Shown: positions 9,729-19,165, counted from the stretch's first letter. The stretch is 64,000 bases of DNA from Promethearchaeota archaeon (GCA_019058445.1 JAHPZA010000009.1:96001-160000); one strand, 5' to 3'. Numbers and translations are program-made. The notes: generated from the sequence alone by a model not told the origin.

Positions 9729-10736
9729 ATGATGAAAATAGAAGCTATTGAAGTAAAGAATTTATCTAAACATTTCTTTCCGTCAATGAAGGAGAGAAAA
9801 AGAATAAGAATGCAACAAGAAGGATCAGAAAAAGGTACTAAGAATAACATAATTCAAGCTGTTAACAACATCAACTTCAGTGTAAAACAGGGTGAAATTT
9901 TCGGTTTTTTGGGTCCAAATGGTGCTGGAAAGACGACGACCATTCGGATGTTAACTGGAGTGCTCAAGCCTACTAATGGGAGTATTTCTATTTATGGGGG
10001 AAACATTTGGAAACATCCAATTGAGGTGAAACAAATATTAGGACATGTTCCTGAGGAGGCAAATGTCTATATGGATCTTACAGGAATGCAAAATCTATAT
10101 CTAATTGGCAAACTTTATGGACTTTCGAAAAGCGAACGTGTTAATCGAGCTGAACAATTATTAAAACAGTTTGAATTGTTCGAAAAAGGGAATTTAAAAG
10201 CCAAGAAATATTCCAAGGGAATGAAACAAAGATTATTGCTATGTATGGCGCTTATGAGTAATCCCAAAATTTTATTTCTTGATGAGCCAACATCGGGTTT
10301 AGATGTTAAATCAAGTAGAATAATCAAGAAATTGATAAAAGAATATAATGAGAATGGAATGACCATTTTTATAACGACTCATGACATGGATGTAGCAAAT
10401 GAACTGTGTCATCGAATTGCCATTATTAATCAAGGAAAAATTATTAGTCTGGATACTCCCGATAATCTTAAAAAATTGACTCAAGAATATCTGGCTATCG
10501 ACTGTCATTTTATTGATACTGTCAATGTGAATGAAATTAAAGAATTGCATAGCATAATTGAAGTCCAACAAAACAATAGCCTATATCATATAATTGTGAA
10601 AGATATCAATGTGGCATTAATCGAACTCGTAGATTTTATCAAAACCAATGATTTGAATGTGAAGCAAGTATCTACAAATGAACCAAAATTAGAGGATGCA
10701 TTTTTAAAAATAATAGAAAGAGGTGTTGAGAATTAG
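9729..10736 (+). CDS. ABC-2/DrrA-type exporter ATP-binding subunit (copy 1)
   Basis: GPNGAGKTT Walker A, YSKGM signature, LFLDEPTSGLD Walker B/D-loop, C-terminal LEDAF motif. Confidence 0.93.
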   Translation: MMKIEAIEVKNLSKHFFPSMKERKRIRMQQEGSEKGTKNNIIQAVNNINFSVKQGEIFGFLGPNGAGKTTTIRMLTGVLKPTNGSISIYGGNIWKHPIEVKQILGHVPEEANVYMDLTGMQNLYLIGKLYGLSKSERVNRAEQLLKQFELFEKGNLKAKKYSKGMKQRLLLCMALMSNPKILFLDEPTSGLDVKSSRIIKKLIKEYNENGMTIFITTHDMDVANELCHRIAIINQGKIISLDTPDNLKKLTQEYLAIDCHFIDTVNVNEIKELHSIIEVQQNNSLYHIIVKDINVALIELVDFIKTNDLNVKQVSTNEPKLEDAFLKIIERGVEN

Positions 10737-11520
10737 TAAAGAAGTATTTGGTGTAAAAGGCTCAAAAAAATTAGGCTTAACTGTCCAATTAAGAAGGGCA
10801 GCTGCAATTGCTCAAAAAGATTTAAGGATTTACTATAATAAACCCCCGGTAATAGTTCAAGGTATAATTTTTCCAGTAATACTTTTTTTTACATTCACGA
10901 TCGGAAGAAAGATCCCTACGCCGCTATTAATCTCAGGATTAATGGCAATGGTAATTTTCTTAACTGCCACATCTATAGGTCCATTTGTTTTTCCATGGGA
11001 AACTATGCGAAAAACATTTGAACGTTTAATTACTTGCCCAGTTTCAGTAAAAACAATATTATTTGGGAGTATGTTAAGTTCCTTCTTATTTGGAGTTATT
11101 TTTTCTCTGGTGCCTCTCGTCTTAGGGATAATATTTTTTTCACTCCAGATAACTATAAATTTCCTTATAATACTTATAGCCATGTTTCTCGCAGCTTTTG
11201 TGTTTTCAAGTTTCAGCCTTATTTTATCTGCCCCGCCCACGGATATGCCTGGAAATATCATGATTTTTACACTTCTTCTAAAGTTTACAATATTATTCTT
11301 AAGTCCGCTGTTTATGCCAATAAGAGATCACCCTCTAGCATGGATTTCTCCACTTACATATTTCGTAGATATCGTGAACGTTAGTTTGGGACTTGAAAGT
11401 GCTTTCGGACATTACGGAATTCTTATCGATTTTGCAATTCTAAGCTTTTTCGGAGTTTTCTTTTTATTTCTGGCTTTTATGTTGCATAAAAAAACGCTAC
11501 AGAAGAGATTTCGAAATTAA
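10723..11520 (+). CDS. ABC-2 exporter permease (copy 1)
   Basis: About 6 TM helices, ERLITCPVS and SPLTY motifs; overlaps the ATPase stop. Confidence 0.88.
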   Translation: MLRISKEVFGVKGSKKLGLTVQLRRAAAIAQKDLRIYYNKPPVIVQGIIFPVILFFTFTIGRKIPTPLLISGLMAMVIFLTATSIGPFVFPWETMRKTFERLITCPVSVKTILFGSMLSSFLFGVIFSLVPLVLGIIFFSLQITINFLIILIAMFLAAFVFSSFSLILSAPPTDMPGNIMIFTLLLKFTILFLSPLFMPIRDHPLAWISPLTYFVDIVNVSLGLESAFGHYGILIDFAILSFFGVFFLFLAFMLHKKTLQKRFRN

Positions 11521-11655
11521 TCTAAATAATTATCTAATCATATTTTATTTTTTATATTATAACCAAAAAAGAAAAATCTTTCATAAATAGGAAAAAAAGA
11601 ATAAATCAATTATAAATTAAAAGGAATACTTCATATTTTTTATTAAGATGGAGAT

Positions 11656-12669
11656 TTGATTAAAATGAATGCAATTGTTGTTAGGAATTTAACTAAATAT
11701 TTTACTCCCTCCAAAAAGGAGAAAAAAAAAGGAAGAGCTAGGAATCCATCATTAGAATCAAGAAAACAAGGGAATAATAGTATTATTCGCGCTGTAGATC
11801 ATATTGATTTTGAAGTAAAAAATGGTGAGATTTTTGGCTTTTTAGGTCCAAATGGTGCTGGAAAGACCACCACTATACGTATGCTGACCGGAATTTTAAA
11901 ACCAACAAATGGAGAGATTTTAATATTTGGGCAAAACTTTTGGAATAATCCTATTAAAGCAAAACAGATTATGGGACATGTTCCCGAAGAAGCAAACGTC
12001 TATATGGATCTTACGGGTTTAGAAAATTTATCATTTATAGGAGAATTATATGGTATATCCAAAAAAGAACGTATTAGTCGAGCCGAGCAATTACTAAAGA
12101 AGTTTGAACTGTTTGAGAAGCGTCATCTCAAGTCTAAGAAATATTCAAAAGGCATGAAACAGCGACTCTTATTATGTATGGCATTAATGAGCAATCCTAA
12201 AATTTTATTTCTTGATGAGCCAACATCGGGTTTAGATGTTCAAAGTAGTATTATTATCAAGAAGTTGATTAAAGATTATAATAAAAACGGGATGACTATT
12301 TTCATGACGACGCATGATATGGACGTTGCAAATGAGATGTGTGATCGCATTGCAATAATTAACAGAGGGAAATTAATTGGATTAGATACCCCTGAAAATT
12401 TAAAAAAATTAAAACAAGAATATCAAGCAGTTGATTTTTATTTCACTAAAGAGGCAAAAGAGAGTGAATTAGAAAACTTGAGTTCTGTGAAGGAAGTTAG
12501 AAAGATAAGGGACTATTATCATATTATTGTTCATGACTTAAACGATGGGATTTGCGAAATAATAGAGTATATAAAATCCAAAAATCTAAAAGTTAAGAAA
12601 ATAAACACTTACGAACCTCATTTAGAGGAGGTATTCTTAAAAATGGTTAATGGAGGCGATGATTATTAA
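11656..12669 (+). CDS. ABC-2/DrrA-type exporter ATP-binding subunit (copy 2)
   Basis: Same motifs as copy 1 and clearly paralogous to it. Confidence 0.93.
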   Translation: MIKMNAIVVRNLTKYFTPSKKEKKKGRARNPSLESRKQGNNSIIRAVDHIDFEVKNGEIFGFLGPNGAGKTTTIRMLTGILKPTNGEILIFGQNFWNNPIKAKQIMGHVPEEANVYMDLTGLENLSFIGELYGISKKERISRAEQLLKKFELFEKRHLKSKKYSKGMKQRLLLCMALMSNPKILFLDEPTSGLDVQSSIIIKKLIKDYNKNGMTIFMTTHDMDVANEMCDRIAIINRGKLIGLDTPENLKKLKQEYQAVDFYFTKEAKESELENLSSVKEVRKIRDYYHIIVHDLNDGICEIIEYIKSKNLKVKKINTYEPHLEEVFLKMVNGGDDY

Positions 12670-13456
12670 AGATAATGAAGAAATATTTTCTGAAGAGTTA
12701 AAATCTGAAAGATTTTTTATTCAAGTAAAAAGGTCATTCGCAATCGCTAAGAAAGATTTAAAAATCTACTATAATAAAGGTCCTGTAGTGATACAAGGCT
12801 TTCTTTTTCCACTTATCTTATTCTTTGCCTTTACTGTAGGCAGAAACATTATCCCAATATATTTAATTTCAGGATTAATGGCCATGGTCATGTTCATGAC
12901 ATCAACATCTATTGGTCCTGTGGTTTTTCCTTGGGAAACACGATCGAAAACGTTAGAAAGATTAATTGCTTGTCCAATCTCAATTAAAACAATCTTATTA
13001 GGAAATATTTGGAGTTCATTCATTTTTGGCTGTGTATTTTCGATAGTTCCTTTATTGTTAGGCATACTTTTCTTTGGACTATGGGCTTCAATAAATATTC
13101 TAATTATAATATTAGGGATTATTGTAGCATCCTTAGCATTCTCAAGTTTTAGTCTTATACTTTCAGTTCCACCGACAGATATGCCTGCTAATACTATGAT
13201 TTTAACAATATTGATAAAATTTCCGATACTACTTCTAACTCCTATCTTTATGCCTATACATGCAGCGCCTTATGGGATTGTCTCTCCACTCACATATTAT
13301 ACTGATATCATTAACGTTGGATTAGGTGAAAGTAGTGCTTTTGGCCCTCATGGTCTTTTGCTTGACTTTTGCATTTTAATACTTTTTGGACTTGGTTTTA
13401 CCTTTTTAGCTTTCGTTTTGCATGGAAAGACGCTTCAAAAAAGATTTCGAGGCTAA
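12650..13456 (+). CDS. ABC-2 exporter permease (copy 2)
   Basis: Paralogue of 10723-11520 (KDLKIYYNK, FPWET, PPTDMP, SPLTY, KTLQKRFR). Confidence 0.88.
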   Translation: MEAMIIKDNEEIFSEELKSERFFIQVKRSFAIAKKDLKIYYNKGPVVIQGFLFPLILFFAFTVGRNIIPIYLISGLMAMVMFMTSTSIGPVVFPWETRSKTLERLIACPISIKTILLGNIWSSFIFGCVFSIVPLLLGILFFGLWASINILIIILGIIVASLAFSSFSLILSVPPTDMPANTMILTILIKFPILLLTPIFMPIHAAPYGIVSPLTYYTDIINVGLGESSAFGPHGLLLDFCILILFGLGFTFLAFVLHGKTLQKRFRG

Positions 13457-13600
13457 TTGATATTTACCTTTTTTACTTTTTTTTTTAATGAATTTTATAG
13501 TTTTCTAGGCATACCTAAATAATCAAAATAATTAATCAATATTAATGGTATTCTTTGAAAAAGAAAGGAAATTTCGAATTATTTCGTTATATTTTTAAGA

Positions 13601-13666
13601 TTTTATGTATGTAATATAAGTTTTATGTATGAAAATTGCATAATATTTAAAAATTAATTTTCATAC
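13601..13666. promoter_or_regulatory. Putative operator: 11-bp direct repeat plus 11-bp inverted repeat around a TATA-like element
   Basis: TTTTATGTATG at 13601 and 13621. GTATGAAAATT (13627-13637) and AATTTTCATAC (13656-13666) flank ATATTTAAAAA. Confidence 0.4.
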
Positions 13667-13825
13667 TATCTAATTAGTCTTACCTAATAAGGCTAAAAGA
13701 ATAATGGATTAAATATTCAATTAAGAATAAACTTCCAAATATATTATTTTATTTGAAGAACTTATAATAAATTTAAATAGAAACTAATGAATAAAACAAA
13801 AATATAAAATTTAGGTTAAAAAAAG

Positions 13826-14440
13826 ATGATTGAATTAAGTTTTATAAAAATATATCTAATAAGCGTAATTATTGTACATTTAATTTCATTTATAGCACCT
13901 TTAATCATAATTAGGAAGAAAGGAAACGATCCACATGGTATTCATCAGGGAAATTCAATCTTAGCAAGATTAACTCCAGTTTCATATTTTTTGTTAATAA
14001 TTTTCCTTGTGTTATATATATTTTTTGACACTATAATAGAGGGATTCCGGACATTTCAATGGTTAGCCATTGATAGCATATCGATAATTGGAATTATTAT
14101 GGTTGCCATTGGGTCTTTCATTGAAATAGTTGCCACTATAAGGCTCGGTATTAACTTTAGAATTGAGCTTCCAAAAGAGCAAACAGAGTTGGTTGTCAGT
14201 GGAATATATAGACTTATGAGAAATCCCATAGCTTTCTCTCTTTATTTATTCGTATTTGGAATTTTTCTCATGATTCCAAATCTAATCACATTAATAATAT
14301 TCATAATGAATATCATAACTTTTAATGCTAAAATTAGAAATGAAGAAAAATTTCTGTCAGAGAGATTTGGGAAGGATTATGAAGCATATAAAATGAAAGT
14401 TGGGCGATATTTTCCTATTAAGGTTAAGAACAGGAAATAA
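13826..14440 (+). CDS. ICMT/PEMT (Ste14-like) membrane methyltransferase
   Basis: TM helices; LVVSGIYRLMRNP and EEKFLSERFGKDYEAY...VGRY motifs. Confidence 0.85.
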   Translation: MIELSFIKIYLISVIIVHLISFIAPLIIIRKKGNDPHGIHQGNSILARLTPVSYFLLIIFLVLYIFFDTIIEGFRTFQWLAIDSISIIGIIMVAIGSFIEIVATIRLGINFRIELPKEQTELVVSGIYRLMRNPIAFSLYLFVFGIFLMIPNLITLIIFIMNIITFNAKIRNEEKFLSERFGKDYEAYKMKVGRYFPIKVKNRK

Positions 14441-14464
14441 ACAAAGAATGAGGATTTAATTTTA

Positions 14465-15103
14465 ATGAAAATCTTAGCTATTATTGGGAGTCCTCGGAAA
14501 AATGGGACAGTAAGTAAGCTTGCACAGAATATTTTAGATGCAGCTCAAGTCAATGGTCATATAACTGAATTAATTAATCTATATGATTATGAAATAAAAC
14601 CATGTATAGGAGATTGGGCATGTGTTAAATTAGGCAAATGTCATATTCAAGACGATTTTGAAATAATTTTTCATAAATTATACGAGGCCGACATAGTAAT
14701 TTTGGGGAGTCCTGTTTATTGGGCAAATATTTCAGGTGTTATGAAAAATTTTATTGACCGCCACACAGGGTATGCTATGTTTAAACCCCCTAATGCACAA
14801 AATTTTTACAAACTTTCAAGATGGCAAAAGCTAAAAACAATTTTAAGACTAATGAAGGAATTTGGACCATTTGATCCTCGGTTTAAAGAAAAAAAATATA
14901 TTCTAATAACAGCAGCAACTGTTCCATTTAAAAGAATTATGGGAGAAGTATCTCCAACAATCAATGCAATGAGGAAATATGTAAAAAAACTTAAGGGAAA
15001 AATCATTAGTACCTTGATATACACCGATACACTTTTTAGATTTAAAAAAAATAAAGAAAAGATTATGTTAAATAAAGCCTACAGTCTCGGAAGAAAGCTT
15101 TAA
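14465..15103 (+). CDS. Iron-sulfur flavoprotein / NADPH-dependent FMN reductase (flavodoxin-like) family
   Basis: GSPRKNGT, CIGDWAC...C..DD and GSPVYWANISGVMKNFIDR motifs. Confidence 0.85.
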   Translation: MKILAIIGSPRKNGTVSKLAQNILDAAQVNGHITELINLYDYEIKPCIGDWACVKLGKCHIQDDFEIIFHKLYEADIVILGSPVYWANISGVMKNFIDRHTGYAMFKPPNAQNFYKLSRWQKLKTILRLMKEFGPFDPRFKEKKYILITAATVPFKRIMGEVSPTINAMRKYVKKLKGKIISTLIYTDTLFRFKKNKEKIMLNKAYSLGRKL

Positions 15104-15145
15104 GGTTTTTTTAATAATTAAAAATTGAGAATTTGGTGATCTTAA

Positions 15146-15925
15146 ATTTTCAAGCAAAAGACTGCACAAAAAGTTGATTACGGAAATTGGGTGCCTAAGA
15201 ATCTATTAGGATTTCTATTATTATTGTCTATAATTCCGGCATTGATTACGCTATTTCCTTTGATATTAATAATAGAGATAATTTTATGGGTTCTTGCTGG
15301 CTTATTTTTTTTATTATTTCTTTTCATACTTTATGTTTATTTTGTTTTTGCTAAAAATGATAATAAACTACAAAATCTTTTGTGGGATATCGTTTTGGAA
15401 AAATTATCTTGGAAAGGAAATGGGAAAGTTATTGATATTGGAACTGGAGCTGGAGCAATTGCTATAAAATTAGCGAAAAGATTTCCTAACTCTGAAGTAT
15501 GGGGGGTTGATAATTGGGGAAAGGGATGGAATTATTCTAAAAATTTATGTGAGAAAAATGCCAGCATAGAAGGAGTATCAGATAATGCTATTTTTCAAAA
15601 AGCTAGTGCGTCTAATCTTCCTTTTAAAGACAATGAATTTGACGCGATTGTTAGTAATTTTGTATATCATGAAGTGGGCGATGTTAAGGAGAAAACAGAT
15701 GCAATTGAGGAATCCTTAAGAATTCTTAAAAAGGATGGTAAATTTGCGCTTCAGGATTTGTTTTTACATGAAAAAAAATTTGGTAAATTTAAAAATTTGA
15801 CTAGTAAATTTAAAGAATGGGGCGTAAGAGAAATTAATTCATTTAACCCTTTAGTTGAAATTAAAATGAATTGGATTTTACGCCTTATGTTTAGAAATAG
15901 CTTAATATTATATGGTAAAAAATAA
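15146..15925 (+). CDS. Class I SAM-dependent methyltransferase with N-terminal TM anchor (start uncertain: ATT 15146 or GTG 15191)
   Basis: IDIGTGAG motif I, LPFKDNEFD and SNFVYHEV. The upstream in-frame DYGNWVP and a GGTGA SD at 15135-15139 favour the longer start. Confidence 0.82.
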   Translation: MFKQKTAQKVDYGNWVPKNLLGFLLLLSIIPALITLFPLILIIEIILWVLAGLFFLLFLFILYVYFVFAKNDNKLQNLLWDIVLEKLSWKGNGKVIDIGTGAGAIAIKLAKRFPNSEVWGVDNWGKGWNYSKNLCEKNASIEGVSDNAIFQKASASNLPFKDNEFDAIVSNFVYHEVGDVKEKTDAIEESLRILKKDGKFALQDLFLHEKKFGKFKNLTSKFKEWGVREINSFNPLVEIKMNWILRLMFRNSLILYGKK

Positions 15926-15942
15926 TTCTAATAGAAGAGATT

Positions 15943-16341
15943 ATGGTTTCTGAGCGAATATGGAAAACAATATGGTTAATTTTAGGGATTACTTTTATGT
16001 TTATATCAATTTTTATGCTATTTTTTGGACCCTTGCTTGCTTCAATAGCAGGAACAAAGCCCTTTTCAGATCGTGCTCGAGCAATGATAAGTTTCTTCTG
16101 GATTTGGATGTTTATATATAATGGATTAGGATATATTCTCCTTTATAGGGATATTGAAAAATATAAAATTTTATTAATCTTGGCCATTCCAGCTGGAGTT
16201 CTATTCACAATCCTTCAAATATTTTACATTCTTATGGGATATTTTGAATTTGTTTTATCTGAAGTAATTTGGGCAACAAGTTCCTTAATATGGTCAATAA
16301 TATCTATTCTATATTTTGTTGATAAAAAAAAGAATTCTTAA
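15943..16341 (+). CDS. Hypothetical 4-TM membrane protein
   Basis: Four hydrophobic segments; operon-like spacing after the methyltransferase. Confidence 0.65.
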   Translation: MVSERIWKTIWLILGITFMFISIFMLFFGPLLASIAGTKPFSDRARAMISFFWIWMFIYNGLGYILLYRDIEKYKILLILAIPAGVLFTILQIFYILMGYFEFVLSEVIWATSSLIWSIISILYFVDKKKNS

Positions 16342-16555
16342 TGGTATTAATGATAATGATTGACTTAGTAGATCCCTTAACTAAAGAATTTTATAAGAAA
16401 GAAGGCATATACGAATTAAATTTGGAATGTAGCAATAATTCCTAATAAAAACATGCATCTATGATAAATAAAAATTGGACTACTCAACATTAATAAGAAA
16501 CGGAATGATAAAAATTAATGACACAACATATTTACTAAAATATGGTGAATAATAG

Positions 16556-17059
16556 TTGGAAACTCAAAAGATGTCTGCACATGAGAGAGAAGTACCACAT
16601 TCTCATTTAATCCAAGGACTTTCTCCTGTGATTTTTCTGATAATTTGGATTTTGGATTCGGATGTTTTATTCCTATCGGTTTATTTTAATACCCTTATCC
16701 CTTACCTTGTACGGCTAGTATTATTTTTATGTTCATTAATTTTTGCGTTACTTCTGATTTTCTTATCTCATCGAACTCTCTTCAATAAAAATAAACCATC
16801 TGACACGTTAATAACCAACGGAATTTTAAAATACGTCAGAAATCCTCTTTATCTGGGCGTTTTATTGATATATATTGCTTTTCTCTTTTATTCAATTTCG
16901 TTGATTTCGATTGCTGCTTTTATAGTAATTTTTTTAATATATAATCGAATGGTAAATTATGAAGAAAGAATACTTGAGAACCTATTTGGTGAAGATTATT
17001 TGGAATATAGAAATTCAGTCTCAAAGTGGATTCCTAATCCTTTTAAAAAATCCAATTAG
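16556..17059 (+). CDS. ICMT/PEMT (Ste14-like) membrane methyltransferase
   Basis: LITNGILKYVRNPLYLG and YEERILENLFGEDYLEYR..V.KWIP motifs; GGTGA SD before TTG. Confidence 0.85.
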   Translation: METQKMSAHEREVPHSHLIQGLSPVIFLIIWILDSDVLFLSVYFNTLIPYLVRLVLFLCSLIFALLLIFLSHRTLFNKNKPSDTLITNGILKYVRNPLYLGVLLIYIAFLFYSISLISIAAFIVIFLIYNRMVNYEERILENLFGEDYLEYRNSVSKWIPNPFKKSN

Positions 17060-17241
17060 GATAAAAACAAAAAAAATTAAATCTTTTTTTTAATACTTAA
17101 TTTCTTTAGCTTAAGAGTACTATTATTTCTTAAATATTTAAATAAAATAAGAAATATGATTAAAAAATATAATAAACAGAAAAGATTTATAAACCAACTT
17201 AACAATTTTTATAAATATTAAATACAATGAGGTCTCTTTAA

Positions 17242-18168
17242 ATGGAAGAATACAAATGTGAAGTACTAATCATAGGTGCTGGACCCGCAGGACTAACCGC
17301 AGGAGTATATTGCGGGAGAGCAAATAGAGATACGATTATCCTTCAGGGAAAAGAGCAATCTGCCTTAGAAAAAACCAAAGAGATACAAAACTGGCTTGGA
17401 GTCCCAAATATTGAGGGGCCTAAGCTCTTAGAGAAATTTAGAATGCACGCGGAAAGTCATGAAACTGTTAAGATTGTTAAGGGGGATGTCATTAGTCTCA
17501 TGATGGGAATGGGAATGAATATGATTTCAACGAGATCAGCGAATATATCTTCTGATGTTGTCATTATTGCTACTGGATCGGGGCAGCGAAAAGAAGTTAT
17601 TAAGGGAGAAAGTAATTTAGTCGGCTATGGAGTATCTTATTGTGCTTTATGTGATGGTCCTTTATATAAAGAGAAGGTTGTTTTCTTATATGGAACTGAC
17701 GAGGAAGTTATAGAAGATGCTTTAGTTTTACACCAAATGGGGTGTATTGTAAATATAATCACTACAGTTGGAATTAATGAATTACCTGGTAAAGTTAATA
17801 AAGTTAAAGAGAGCAAAATTAATATTATAGACAAAACTGAAATTTTGGAAGTGATTTCAAAGTCTGATGGCCTTGTTGAAAAAATTATATGTAAATCACT
17901 AGATACTGAAGAAATAAAAGAATATGAATTGGATTGCTTATTCATCTTTTCTCATGTTCCATCTAATTCTATATTTAAAAAAGCTGGTGTGGAATTAGAT
18001 GATAAAGGTAATATTAAAGTAGATGAAAACCAGCAAACTAATCTTAAAAGCGTGTATGCTGCAGGTGATGTTACGGGAGGTACTTTTCAAGTTGTATTTG
18101 CTGCTGCGGAAGGTGCTCAAGCAGCATTACATGCTTTAAAATATCTTAGATCGATAAAGAAAGATTAG
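17242..18168 (+). CDS. trxB: Thioredoxin reductase-like FAD oxidoreductase
   Basis: IIGAGPAGLTAG, GVSYCALCDG (CxxC) and TNLKSVYAAGDV. The NADPH motif is degenerate (YGTDEEVIE instead of GGGxxA). Confidence 0.85.
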   Translation: MEEYKCEVLIIGAGPAGLTAGVYCGRANRDTIILQGKEQSALEKTKEIQNWLGVPNIEGPKLLEKFRMHAESHETVKIVKGDVISLMMGMGMNMISTRSANISSDVVIIATGSGQRKEVIKGESNLVGYGVSYCALCDGPLYKEKVVFLYGTDEEVIEDALVLHQMGCIVNIITTVGINELPGKVNKVKESKINIIDKTEILEVISKSDGLVEKIICKSLDTEEIKEYELDCLFIFSHVPSNSIFKKAGVELDDKGNIKVDENQQTNLKSVYAAGDVTGGTFQVVFAAAEGAQAALHALKYLRSIKKD

Positions 18169-18212
18169 AATTTATCACCTAGATATTATACTATATTAAT
18201 TTTGTAATATTC

Positions 18213-19151
18213 GTGAAATATTACCATATTATGGTTGATTATAAAATTTCTGATTTTATTGATGATTACTTAATTGCGAAGGAAATTGAAGAAGGTTGTG
18301 CATCATCAACGATAAAAGCATATAGATATGACCTTCAAAAATTTATCAATATTGTGGGCGACCTCGAGGTTAATTCACCATTTGTTCGTCAAAAAATTAG
18401 ACTCTTTTTGAAAAAGCTTAAGGAAAAAAATTACACTAAAAAAGCTGTTGCTCGGAAAATCGCTTCTTTACGTTCTTTTTTTAAATTCTTAACATTAAAT
18501 GAATTCGTTGAGAAGAACCCTATGAGTACTATCAAAACACCCAAAGTAAAACTCGAAGAAAGTCTGCCTAAGTTTTTATCACTTCCAGACATAGAAGTTA
18601 TTTTTAACAAGTTAAAAGATAGGAAACTCTTTAATACAAGAAAAAGCGAGCGTTATTATTTAGTGGTTAGGTTATTTTATTCTACAATGGCAAGAGTAAG
18701 TGAATTATGCAATATAAAAATACGAGACGTTGATTTTGAGAGAGGATATATTCGATTACGAGGAAAGGGAAATAAAGAAAGAATCGTGCCCGTGGATCGA
18801 AAAACAATTGAGATTATAGAAGAATCCCTGAAGAACAGAATTTATTACAATTCAGAAGATTATTTAATAGTAAATACGAGAAATGAAAAATTAAACCCAA
18901 GAGTAGTCCAGGCAGATATTAAAACAATTAAAGAAAAATGCGGATTCCAAGCTAGTAAAATCATTACACCCCATGTTTTTCGGCATACCGGTGCGACACA
19001 TCTAAGACGCTCAGGAATGGATATTAGTGAATTACAAGATATTCTGGGTCATAGCAGTCCGAACACAACAAGAATTTACGCAAAAAACGATATAACTAAA
19101 TTAAAACAATCCTATAGTCAAATGCATCCATTAAATAATAAGAGTTTTTAA
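18213..19151 (+). CDS. xerA: XerA/XerC-D-like tyrosine recombinase (true start possibly ATG 18231)
   Basis: SAM-like N-domain (STIKAYRYDL, RKIASLRSFFKFL); catalytic ARVSEL, GKGNKER, HVFRH, LGH and TRIY. Confidence 0.88.
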   Translation: MKYYHIMVDYKISDFIDDYLIAKEIEEGCASSTIKAYRYDLQKFINIVGDLEVNSPFVRQKIRLFLKKLKEKNYTKKAVARKIASLRSFFKFLTLNEFVEKNPMSTIKTPKVKLEESLPKFLSLPDIEVIFNKLKDRKLFNTRKSERYYLVVRLFYSTMARVSELCNIKIRDVDFERGYIRLRGKGNKERIVPVDRKTIEIIEESLKNRIYYNSEDYLIVNTRNEKLNPRVVQADIKTIKEKCGFQASKIITPHVFRHTGATHLRRSGMDISELQDILGHSSPNTTRIYAKNDITKLKQSYSQMHPLNNKSF

Positions 19152-19165
19152 AACAAAATATACCA

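Noticed and set aside
16341-16445. 34-codon ORF coupled to the previous stop (TAATG)
   Set aside because: Too short, with no recognisable motif; it may be a gene remnant but I cannot support it.
18204-18224. dif site beside xerA
   Set aside because: Arms are 8 bp with a 5-bp spacer, not the 11-6-11 geometry of archaeal or bacterial dif sites.
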